Assembly (NCBI GenBank): GCA_951406725.2
Contig: OX597815.1
Location: forward strand, 102,114,001 to 102,178,000
Length of the DNA stretch: 64,000 bases
Direction of reading: 5' to 3'
DNA from: Octopus vulgaris
Taxonomy: Eukaryota
Shown here: piece after piece, positions 12,444 to 23,251 of the stretch
Layout of the letters: each line of letters begins with the position of its first letter
Numbering within the stretch: position 1 is the stretch's first letter
Program-made: the position numbers and the translations under genes
The notes under the pieces: generated by a model
Seen by the model: the letters and a program-made list of their open reading frames with translations, nothing else
Database searches by the model: none
What the model was told of the DNA's origin: nothing

Positions 12444-12445
<2 letters not shown>
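12038..12445 (+). mobile_element. SINE family A
   Basis: GTGGCTGTGTGGTAAGTAGC...GGGTTCAGTCCC...CCTTGGGCAAGTG, internal (TG)n, (GTAAAAGA)n tail. Confidence 0.9.
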
Positions 12446-12517
<72 letters not shown>

Positions 12518-12621
12518 GTGTGTGTGTGAGAGAGAGAGAGAGAGGAAGGGAGAGAGTAGATATTAGTTTTAAAAAATGGAGGACAATTTACGGTAAGCTG
12601 CTCAATAACATATGGTAGACT

Positions 12622-12956
12622 ATTTACATTATTTACATTTGTCGGATATTTGTCCTCATCTTGATTGTTGTTAACATAGCGTTTCGGCTGATATACCCTC
12701 CAGCCTTCGTCGGGTGTCTTGGGGAAATTTCGAACCTGGGTTCCCATTCCTAAGGTATTTTTCGATGTTATTATTATTATTATTCAGGTCACTGCCTGAA
12801 ATCGAACTCGGATTCTTGGGGTTAGTAGCCCGCGCTCTTAACCATCATATGTCATATGCCCGTGTTAACAACAAAGAAGATGAGGATAAATATCCGTCAA
12901 ATGTAAATAGTGTAAATAATGTACATAATTCCTCATCTCTTAAATACAAAACTGTA
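12622..12956 (-). mobile_element. tRNA-headed, hammerhead-containing non-autonomous retroelement, copy 2 (uninterrupted)
   Basis: Perfect 12-bp TSD ATATGGTAGACT (12610-12621 / 12957-12968); head GGGCATATG...GGTTAAGAGCGCGGG...GAGTTCGATTTC; (AAT)n; HHR 12673-12718 (core mutated to CCGACGA); inverted tail 12862-12956. Confidence 0.85.
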
Positions 12957-13056
12957 ATATGGTAGACTGTTTTTGAAACACGAATGGAACATGACTAATC
13001 TTGTAAGTGGCATAATCTCAATAAACACACACACACGCACGAGGCTTTCCCCCTCC

Positions 13057-13117
13057 GGGGTCTGACTATACACCATGAAGTTAAACCCTTTATGGACGGG
13101 AAACCCAGGGTAACCCC
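13057..13117 (+). ncRNA. Type-I hammerhead motif with one core mutation (same family as 41388 and 43390)
   Basis: GGGGT-CTGACTA-tacaCCATGAAG..CTTTATGG..-GAAA-CCC a GGG-TA|ACCCC. Confidence 0.7.
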
Positions 13118-13244
13118 ATAAACCGGCCTTCCCCAGTAAAAAACATAGATTTATTCTACTTCTTACAGTGTGCTTCTTCTCTCGACTTATGTTTTCTAAA
13201 AACGATATATATATATATATATACATATAAAGAGATAGATAGAT

Positions 13245-13352
<108 letters not shown>

Positions 13353-13800
13353 GCTTCTCAGCCACATAGTTCTGAATTCACTCCCTTGGGCAAGTGTGTT
13401 CTACTATAACCTCAAGCCAACCAAAGCCTTGTGAGTAGATATGCTAGAGGGAAACTGGAAGAAGCCCGTCATGCACATACACACACACACATACACACAT
13501 ATGACGGACTTCTTTCAGTTTCCGTCTCCCTATATACGTATATATGTGTGAATGTCTGTGTGTGTGCATGTGTGTGTGCGTGTGTGTGTGTGTGTGTGCA
13601 TGTGTATGTGCAAGCGTGCGTGTGCCTGCGTGCCCGTGTGTGTCTTTATGTCTGTGTTTATCCCCCAACATCAGTTGACAAAAACTGGTGTTGTGTTTAT
13701 GTTTCCATAACTTAGCAGTTAGGCGAAAGACAACGAAAGAGTAAGCTAAAGAATGAATAAATGAATAAATAAAATACACACACACACACACACACACACA

Positions 13801-14035
13801 CGGAACCCCTATATTGCCCAGGATATGAATCGTCTGGAAGCCGTTCAGCGACGTGCAACCAAAAGAATACCCTCTATCAGGCATTTGCCATATTCTGAAC
13901 GCCTTACTTCCCTGGGCATGGACACATTGAAACTCCGACGTCTGGCAGCTGACTTGGCAGACACCCATAAAATTATCAACCATCTTACGAACAATAACTC
14001 TGAGCACCTTTTCAAACTCCACCTGTCTAACACCT
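13801..14035 (+). mobile_element. CR1-like LINE ORF2 C-terminal fragment
   Basis: RLEAVQRRATKRIPSIRHLPYSERLTSLGMDTLKLRRL is the typical CR1-group C-terminal motif. Confidence 0.85.
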
Positions 14036-16167
14036 GTCTAACCCCCTTAGTCATAGTGTTACTAATAACATGGTGTTAGAGCTCAAACTACATTTCCTTT
14101 AGTGTAAAGCTATAGGCGAGTACAGAGTTTAATATGACATTAAATAAATGACAAAGGAATAGGAATATGCGTCGTCAAGTTCATTTGCTTATAGCTGTTC
14201 GTGCAATGAGAAACAGTGCACTCAAAACTGAATGTTTGTGCATCGCATTATAACTTCCACGGGTTTTCAAAAATGAAATGTATGTTTATTTGGGAAAGTA
14301 TTTAAATACATAGAAAGTATTTTAAATACATAGAAATGAGCACCATCGAAAATATTAAAATACATAAGAAATGGGGTATAATGCTTAATGGATAGAAGCC
14401 ACTTTCAGTAAATATGTGGACTTAGATCACTTTAAGATGAGAGATGCGGGTTCGAGTCCCGTGGATGTTTGTTGGCAATTTTTTTCCGTTTTGCAAAAGT
14501 AATGATTTCCAATTGTTCTGCAGTTTTCACGGCGATACTGCGTTCAAAATGTTACTTTCTTGTCTGTATAATACACACACACACACACACGCACACACAC
14601 ACATACGTGTGTGTGTGTGCGTGTGCGCACGCGTGTGTATAGGCGCAAGTGGGGGTGGGTAGGTGGAAAGAGGTTTGCTTTCCAACCACATGATTATGTG
14701 TGCAGTACCAAGGCTGACCAAAGTATTGTGAGTGGATTTGGCATACGCAAATTGAAAGTTGCTTGTGCGTATATATGGATATATGTCTTTGCGTCTGTGA
14801 CAACCGTTGTTGGTGCATTTACGTCCCCGTAACATCAGCAGGTTATCGGGAGACCAAACTTCAAAAAAAAAAAAATAATAATATGAAATAAAATCAACAA
14901 GTACGAGGGTCGGTTCATTCGACTAAAATTCTTCAAAAAGAAGTATAAAGTAATATCTGCGTTAACGCTATATGGAGACATGAGATGAGCATAAATGCAA
15001 GCTATCATTAAGTATGTCAACACGAGTATTGGTGATAAATACTGCCAAATTAGATTACTTGCCCTCTAAGCAGTTAACAATTTTAGATTTCCTCACGTAA
15101 TATGAAGTCACACACTAAGGCTGCCAGGTGGCAAGATCGTTAGCACGCCGTGCTAAATGCTTACCGCCATTTCGTCCGTCCTTACGCTGAGTTCAAATTC
15201 CTCTCCGGTCGACTTTACCTTTCATCCTTTCAGGGTCGATTAAAATAAGTATCAGTTGAGCACTGAGGTCGATGTAATTGACTTACCCCTCCCCTGAAGT
15301 TGCAGGCCTTGAGCGAAAATTTGAAATTAATATGAGGTTACATACTACTGAAGGCTGAAGCCTACTCACCACTATTTCAATTGAAAATTATTTGCGGTAA
15401 ATAAAAACAGAAAAGGCAAAAAAAAAAAAAAGCAATATCTAAAGGCCCAGTCATTCGTTGCTTTTCAAAGAATGTATATGATGCTTTATTTATTTATTTA
15501 TTTATTTAGTTAGTTAGTTAGTTAATGAGTTCTTCCGTTACTAAGTAATTCACGGTCTCATGATATCTATGTACACATCACATCCTGATGCACTTTTCTT
15601 TCCTTGCTACTGCGTTCTTCATCACGTTCATTCTTAGTAAATTGGTTCATGATTTCCGCATCTAGTGATGCCTATACTATATAGAGAGATTAGATATAAT
15701 GCTGACTTATGGACGAGAAAGAAGTAACGACGTGACGTTAAAATATCCCATGAAATATAATTCTGAAACGACGTCTCTTTTTTTTTTTTTTAAATAGTGT
15801 AAGGGAAGTAACTTCTACAGGACTCAATTTTAAAAAATGACTTCGGAAAATAGGTGTATGGCCGTCCGTCCGTACGTACGTACGTACATACATACATACA
15901 TACATACATACATACATACATACATACATACATACATACATGCGTACATGAATCCATAAGTATAAGCATATATGCATGCATAAATATGTACATAATAATA
16001 TTTTAAAGGACGCAACACATGCGGAATCTAAAAGAACCTAATTAAAATACACATTCGAAACTTATATAAATATATATATTCTTTATAAAATGGAAATAAA
16101 AATTCCAGAATACCTAAATATACATTGACCAGTCCTGGTATGTAGATGTGTTTTCGAACTTTGTGTA

Positions 16168-16251
16168 GCATCCTGATGAGGGAAGTGCCATGATTAATAA
16201 TATGAAATATATCATATTCCATGGCACATCTCTGAAACGGCCCGTAGACGT
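16168..16251 (+). ncRNA. Type-I hammerhead ribozyme
   Basis: GCATC-CTGATGA-GGGAAGTGCCATG...CATGGCACATCTCT-GAAA-CGG c CCG-TA|GACGT. Intact core, long stem II, GUA triplet, one mismatch in stem I. Confidence 0.8.
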
Positions 16252-16476
16252 GATCTTTATATTTTTTCTTTCGTTGTTTTTAGTATGTCTCTTTACTACT
16301 TAATCCTCTTAATCCTCTTAAATTTTTAATTTCATCGTACTAAAGTATTATAATTTTAAATGTACTTACAAAAGAAATTATTCTTAAATTCAATCGTCTT
16401 TTATGTATTACATCGACATTTGTCTATTTATGTATATTTGTGTATTCTGGAATTTTTATTTCCATTTTATAAAGAA

Positions 16477-16991
16477 CTAGCAGTATCGCCCAGCGTTGCT
16501 CGGGTTTGTAAGGGAAACAACTATATAAGCATTTTTAGAGAGTTACTTCCCTTATAGATGCCAATTTGGGCTTTCTTAGCCATTTCTGTTTTGGTGTCTT
16601 CAAGCCATGAAGTCGTTGTTCTAAAAGAACGCTGGTCTCCTTGACAACGCTTTACGATGTTGATTTCCTTACACTCCCTTCGCCACAGCTTCACGAGGGA
16701 GGGAAGAAGGGGGAGAAGCAAACAGGTGCAGGTGTGACCATGGACGCCAACTCCGCCGCCATCGACACACGAAAAATTATGCATTAAAATGGAATAAAAA
16801 ATGATGTTAAATTATTTTTAAAATCGTAGACTCATCGTAGACGCGCGCTAATACTCAGACGGGCTCGATATGAATCACGACTATAAGATACCCGAATTTG
16901 GTTAAACTGCACCGCAAAATGTGGGAGTAGTTAGGAATCTAAATCGAAGGGGACAGACACTCACACAACTACAGTTTTATATATATATAGA
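16477..16991 (-). mobile_element. Non-autonomous Helitron
   Basis: Minus strand 5' TCTATATAT..., 3' hairpin CCCGAGCAACGCTGGG then CTAG; inserted between A and T with no TSD, confirmed against the intact inverted-repeat arm. Confidence 0.9.
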
Positions 16992-17185
16992 TATATATAT
17001 TTATATAAGTTTCGAATGTGTATTTTAATTATGTTCTTTTAGACTCTGCATGTGTTGCCTCCATAAAAATATTATTTTGAATATAGCTCACAACGAGCAC
17101 TACATCTTCCTATCTGTGTATTAATGGGAGTTATTGCTAACATTAGCAAGCTCTAAATAAATTATATATTTTAAATATGTACATA

Positions 17186-17590
17186 GGCGCAGAAGTGGCT
17201 GTGTGGTAAGTAGCTTGCTTACCAACTACATGGTTCCGGGTTCAGTCCCACTGCGTGGCACCTTGGGCAAGTGTCTTCTACTATAACCTCGGGCCGACCA
17301 AAGCCTTGTATGTGGATTTGGTAGACGGAAACTGAAAGAAGCCCGTCGTATATATGTATATATATGTATGTGCATGTATATTTGTGTGTCTGTGTTTGTC
17401 CCCCTAGCATTGCTTGACAACCGATGCTGGTGTGTTTATGTCCCCGTAACTTAGCGGTTCGGCAAAAGAGACCGATAGAATAAGTACTAGGCTTACAAAG
17501 AATAAGTCCTAGGGTCGATTTGCTCGACTAAAGGTGGTGCTCCAGCATGGCCGCAGTCAAATGACTGAAACAAGTAAAAGAGTAAAGAGT
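17186..17590 (+). mobile_element. SINE family A (full length)
   Basis: tRNA-like head with A/B boxes, internal microsatellite, GTAAAAGA tail; very similar to 52571 and 63615. Confidence 0.9.
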
Positions 17591-17691
17591 TTATATGCAT
17601 AAATGCAATGATGCATAAATGCATAATTTCACACTAGAAAATCAAATCAAATCAGGTTTGCCGAAAAACGTTTATCTTCGCTGAATCTTTT

Positions 17692-18099
17692 AATTTACAT
17701 ATATCCATACTTAGATACGTATGTATATCCATTTATGGGAGAATAAATGCATATCTACGTATGTAAATATGCATTTATACATAGGCTAAAAATAAATAGT
17801 AACAAAATAAAATAAATAAAACTTTTCATCCGTACATAACTATACGCATGCACATACGTGCATGAATATATACATATATGCACACATCTATGCATGTGCA
17901 TATTTAAATAAGCGGGTTACGAACATTTTTAGCAAAAATGTTACAAATGCTCGCATAAAAACTTATACAAATTTAATTTATTTTATTTTGTTACTATTTA
18001 TTTTTAGCCTATGTATAAATGCATATTTACATACGTAGATATGCATTTATTCTCGCATAAATGGATACATACGTATCTAAGTATGGATATATGTAAATT
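17692..18099. repeat. Foldback repeat with arms of about 125 bp
   Basis: 17692-17817 and 17976-18099 are near-perfect reverse complements (about 2 mismatches). Confidence 0.9.
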
Positions 18100-18164
18100 G
18101 TATTATCGGGATAAGCGGTTCCATTTTTTTCTTATTCACTAAAAGTTATCTCCCTTACAATATC

Positions 18165-18535
18165 GGTTTCAAAATTTGGCACACGTCCTGTAAATATCGA
18201 GTAAGGGTCTAAAAGAGCCTAAGACGATTACATTGACACCCGAACTCAACTGGAAATAATTTTTTCAACCCGAAAAGGATGAAAAGCAAAGTCGACCTCG
18301 GCGGAATTTGAGCTCAAAACACGAAGATAGACGAAATGCCTATTTCTTTACTACCCACAAGGGACTAAACACAGAGAGGACAAACAAGGACAGAAAAACG
18401 GATTAAGTCGATTATATCGACCCCAGTGCGTAACTGGTACTTATTTAATCGACCCTGAAAGGATGACAGGCAAAGTCGACCTCGGCGGAATTTGAAGTCA
18501 GAACGTAGCGGCAGACGAAATACCGCTAAGCATTC
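18165..18535 (-). mobile_element. Two adjacent or nested SINE B copies
   Basis: GAAAGGATGA.AGGCAAAGTCGACCTCGGCGGAATTTGA-like domain appears twice. Confidence 0.85.
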
Positions 18536-18922
18536 TGCTACTTTGACGTCTTTGGAGGTAAATCTATAATTGAATTTATTTCTCATTCCATCAGTCGTCA
18601 ATTAATAGTGAAGTTGCCTGAAACTTAACATGGGTCGTGATGACCAACAGAACTGTGAACTTTGGAACATTTACAAAATTATACGCATGTGCACGCGCAT
18701 GCACACACAGATAAACATATTCTTTTATTCTTTTCTTTTACTTGTTTCAGTCATTTGACTGTGGACATGCTGGAGTACAGCCTTATAGTCGAAGGAATCG
18801 ACCCCTGGACTTATTCTTTGTAAGCCTGGTGCTTGTTCTATCGGGACATCTTGCCGAACCGCTCAGTCACGTAAGCACACCAATATCAGTTGTCAAGCGA
18901 TGGTAGCTGGGACAAACAGACA

Positions 18923-18972
<50 letters not shown>

Positions 18973-19248
18973 AATACATGCAGCACAGAATTTTGTCAGT
19001 GAAAGGGTCGCGGTTTCAAAGCGACGAAAATATTTTGATAAATTAAATTTAAATGTTGAAGTGAATCGAACGGTTTTTTATTGTGTTTTTAGATGGCTTA
19101 TAAACACCTTCCATGCTGCAATTGTATTTGTGTGTGTGTGTGTGTGTACACACATGGGCACATGCACACATATCTGTATACATATATGCATACATACATG
19201 CATGCATACACACACATATGCACACACATACATACGCGTGCGCACACG

Positions 19249-19305
<57 letters not shown>

Positions 19306-19449
19306 CCGTTAACGAATTTTTTAATGGGATGCGGTCATGTTAGGTGCTATACGGAAATCTAAAGTATCGTCAATGGAAAACATTCACTATATTGCGAATC
19401 CTATCCACCCGCTTCCAACTTTCCTTTACATACAAGAATAACAACAGAA

Positions 19450-19850
19450 GCGTATAAACGAAGTTTAGTCCCACGGTAAATGGAAGAGTATGACCATATT
19501 GGTCTCAATCATTGGAAAACTGCCATAACTTTGGCAAGTCTAGTCTTGGTATCAATTTGTACTTTTCCATTTCTTCTCATGAGAAGAGTAAGCTTAAATA
19601 AAATGCAAGTTATCATCACAGCTAAGCAAAGGATGCTGCTTGGTCAAGTATTACGCGCATCGTTGTAGAGACGGTTAAAGACAGACCTAAAGTGGACTGT
19701 TGACGAAGGAAGGAAGAAGAGAGGTAGGCTGGTGAAGACATGGCAAAGGACTCTGCGAGAAGATTTGACCTAGATGGCTGTCACCTGGTAAGCAGGGTGC
19801 AGTTTGTTTCAGAATGGTGTCGCTTAGAGAACTCTCATCACCCGATGCTC
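19450..19850 (+). mobile_element. Old RTE-like LINE 3' fragment
   Basis: LLGQVLR...LKWTVDEGRKKRGRLVKTWQRTLREDL motif. Confidence 0.6.
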
Positions 19851-19949
19851 TTTGAGTGAAATGGGATAATATAACTAATAACATAAACATATATATGAAA
19901 TACCATGCCACATAGATTCTTGACTTATTAGAATTATCTCTGCCGCTTG

Positions 19950-20950
19950 AAACTGTATCGCAATTACCAAATACTAGTCGAAACCATTAGTCGAAACCTG
20001 ATGCACAAAAGGGATAGAGATGCGGGAAAAGCTGTAAAATGTGACACCGGATGCAGACTTTGTGGAGTTCACACTGAAGATATCACCCACATTGGCGGCG
20101 AGCTGGCAGAAACGTTAGCATGCCGGGGAAATGCTTAGCGGTATTTCGTCTGCGTTACGTTGTGAGTTCAAATTCCGCCGAGGTCGACTTTGCTTTTCAT
20201 CCTGTCGGGGTCGATAAATTAAGTACCAGTTACGCACTGGGGTCGATGTAATCGACTTAATACCTATGTCTGTCCTTGTTTGTCCCCTCTGTGTTTAGCC
20301 CCTTGTGGGTAATAAAGAAATAGATATCACCCACATCATAAGCAGTAGTCCGAAAATGTCATCGCGGTATTCCCTACCAATGCGACAGGATGTAGCTAGG
20401 ACACTCTATAATGAAATCCGTCGGAAGGATAATCCCGAGGACAACGAAATAAAAAACGACAATATAGTAGAAGCCATAGCCGCTCATAATAAAAAAGGAA
20501 TACTGATGGAATGTACCAGTGAAGACCTCAATAAAATGTAAGCACAACAGATCTGATATAATGATTTGGGATAAAGAAGATAAACTGTGCACAGTTGTGG
20601 AAATTAGCTGCCCAACGGATGTTAACATAAAGCCGAAGATCACTGAAAAAGAGAACACTTACGTTGAAATATTGAGAAATCTACAGTTACTCTACCCAGA
20701 TTACAAGTCCAGATTTATACCTGTAATTATTGGGGCACTGGGATATGTAATACACTGCCTAAATACCAATCTTGAGAAACTGGGCTTCTGAAAACCAGAG
20801 AGGAAAAAGCTAATTGAAAGACTACAGATTCAATCTATCACTGGAACCGTAAAAATCTTTCCGGTGGTTTATCATTTAAATATATATGAGCATGTCTAGA
20901 TATGCAACTATATGCATGAGAATACATACATAAAACATATAAATCTGCAC
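19950..20950 (+). mobile_element. R4-like RLE non-LTR retrotransposon 3' fragment
   Basis: Zn knuckle CRLCGVHTEDITHIISS, RLE motif HNRSDIMIWD..VVEISCP, IPVIIGALG; runs into (ACAT)n. Confidence 0.85.
20093..20321 (+). mobile_element. SINE B inserted in the RLE LINE
   Basis: Full head and Deu/Nin-like domain; perfect 15-bp TSD AGATATCACCCACAT (20078-20092 / 20322-20336). Confidence 0.92.
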
Positions 20951-21117
20951 ATACATACATACATACATACATACATACATACATACATACATACATACAT
21001 ACATACATACATACATACATACATACATACATACATACATACATACACACACACACGCACGCACGCACGCACACACACACACACACACATACATACATAC
21101 ATACATACATACATACA

Positions 21118-21146
<29 letters not shown>

Positions 21147-21148
<2 letters not shown>

Positions 21149-21432
21149 GGACAATTGCTTCGAAACCTCCGGCTTCTATATCGGATTACAAATTTATATT
21201 TATGCCAATAGTAATTGAAGCACTTGGCTTTGTAAGTAAATGCCTAACTGTCAGTCTAGATAAGCTTGGATTTTCAGAGTATCAAAACAACCAGTTGATT
21301 CGCACATTACAAATACAATCTGTAAGCGGAACAGAAAAAAAACTATGCAAGACGTTTCTCAGGTTTAAAATGTGACATAGTGTTCGTTATCTACATTACG
21401 ACGATGGAGTTGTTGTATCTTTGTTAGAAACC
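21147..21432 (+). mobile_element. R4-like LINE 3' fragment, second subfamily
   Basis: QLLRNLRLLY...; colinear with 46965-47235 and 23252-23400; starts right after (ACAT)n. Confidence 0.75.
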
Positions 21433-23060
21433 TGTAGCGAACTCTAGTGAACTTTCTCTCTCTATTATATATACATACGTGCAGACGTAGCAAGTAACAG
21501 CGAACCTTTGGACGCTGTTTTGGACACCGTTGTGTCTAGCACTCTGATTGGTTGGTATTGGCACAATGTGTCTCTTATTCTATCATGTGCCAATATGCAA
21601 CCCAACCAATCGCAGCCTCCAAATGAATCACGTGAGGCAGTCTTTTCTAAACTTTATATGAGCCTACCATTAGCTATAAAAATTCACTTCCCCCTTGTCT
21701 CGGGGTCTGTTAGTTCCAGTCCTTTTAAAGTCTAACTACTGACCACATTACAGCGACCTCCATCTTCGTCGCCATCATTATGTCTCTCACCATCGTCGTC
21801 AACAACATCTACACAGCAGCAACACACTGCACACGTTCTAACATATCGCTGTTCGTGAGCTTTTCACCAAGGTTAACAGCAAACATACAAGCAACGCAGA
21901 TGCATGTAGATATATGAATAAATGTCCATCAACCACTTCCATTTATCATTCAACTAGTGTATATATACGTGTTACCAGCATTAAAGACATTTAAAGTTAC
22001 CACTTTGTTCCGTGTATTTCTTTACACCGTGTTCCTGTCAAATGATATTACAGCATTCTGAGTAGAGTCACATTAGATGGAATACAACCTACCCATTCAT
22101 AATGTTGACCCCGACGTGATGGACACTTATCCTTCGATAATGGTGACCCCAACATAACATGGACACTATTCATCTATAATGAGGACCCCGACGCAACATG
22201 GACAACCTATCCTAAAATGGTGACCTGACGTTCCAGATCACTAAACTAACTAAAACGCAGCACACACCACAATTCCTTCTAACATGGTGAACCTCGAACG
22301 AATTCTGACCAGTGAATACCTATTCCTTTTTTCTCCTTCGCGACTTCGTCTATGCAACCAAGCCGCCACTCATCGCATAGGAACACCACTGAAGTCTCTC
22401 ATCACCATATTGTCTTCTTCACCAGAAAATTTTGGAACCACTTTCAAGCGGGAAACTGTAAATCATTTTTCCTCAGGTTGTAACCGAATTTACAACTTGG
22501 TCCTTTGCAGTCACAGCGTCCTAGGGGAATATTCTTCTTGGCTGTAAAAAGGAAAAAAAAAGTATTCGGAATTTTTCTCCAGAATTCACATGGACAACAA
22601 ATTTTTCCTGCGTGTCAGGTATGAGTTTCTTTCTCTCAACCACCCGGATTATCTACGTGTTTGGCCATGTTTCGTTCTTTATCCGTTAGCAAGGACTTCT
22701 CTTATTTTCATCCTCTGCTACTAAAAAAGTCACATTAGATGGAATACAACCTATTCGTCTATAAACTAACTCCTTCTTCAGAGGAAAAATTTAAATGATT
22801 AAATACAGAAGCGACGTACATACATACGTGATGATGGCTGTCCACTCGTAATCGATGAAGATAAACACTGACCATTGCCCATACAAAATGTCAGTAATGC
22901 CCGTACTATCTAGTATTGCACCCGCTTCTTTTCTTGTCGCAGCGCCCTCCTACACGACCGGACATCGGAAACTTGCCACACCAGTGATTGCACAAGCTCA
23001 AATTTTAGGTCCAGTAAGGCTTGCACAACACTCACAGACCCTCTCCACCCTACTGACATG
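21433..23060 (+). mobile_element. Decayed LTR retrotransposon (LTR plus tRNA-Trp-type PBS array)
   Basis: Begins TGTAG; TATA-like TTTATATGAG and ATTAAA; followed by TGTTGACCCCGACGTGAT (22103-22120), complementary to the tRNA-Trp 3' end as I recall it. Boundaries approximate. Confidence 0.55.
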
Positions 23061-23220
23061 ATGTATCGATATGGATCGCGATGTTAAAGCATATCTCTAA
23101 GGGAAGGTCACTCTGATATTAGAGTAAATATGCAGGAAATGACATTGAAAATACATACATACATACGTACACGCAAACATGCCTGTATGCATACATACCT
23201 ACATACATACATGCATACAT

Positions 23221-23251
<31 letters not shown>

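Larger units (their letters stand above)
15994..17076. repeat. Long inverted repeat (arms about 130 bp) enclosing a hammerhead; right arm split by a Helitron
   Basis: 15994-16125 is the reverse complement of 16430-16476 plus 16992-17076. Confidence 0.9.

Noticed and set aside
14372-14470. tRNA-like A and B boxes (GCTTAATGG ... GGTTCGAGTCCC)
   Set aside because: No acceptor or anticodon stems can be formed; at most a decayed tRNA or SINE head.
22103-22235. Regularly spaced repeats reminiscent of a CRISPR array
   Set aside because: The spacers are themselves homologous (tandem repeat), the context is eukaryotic and there are no cas genes.
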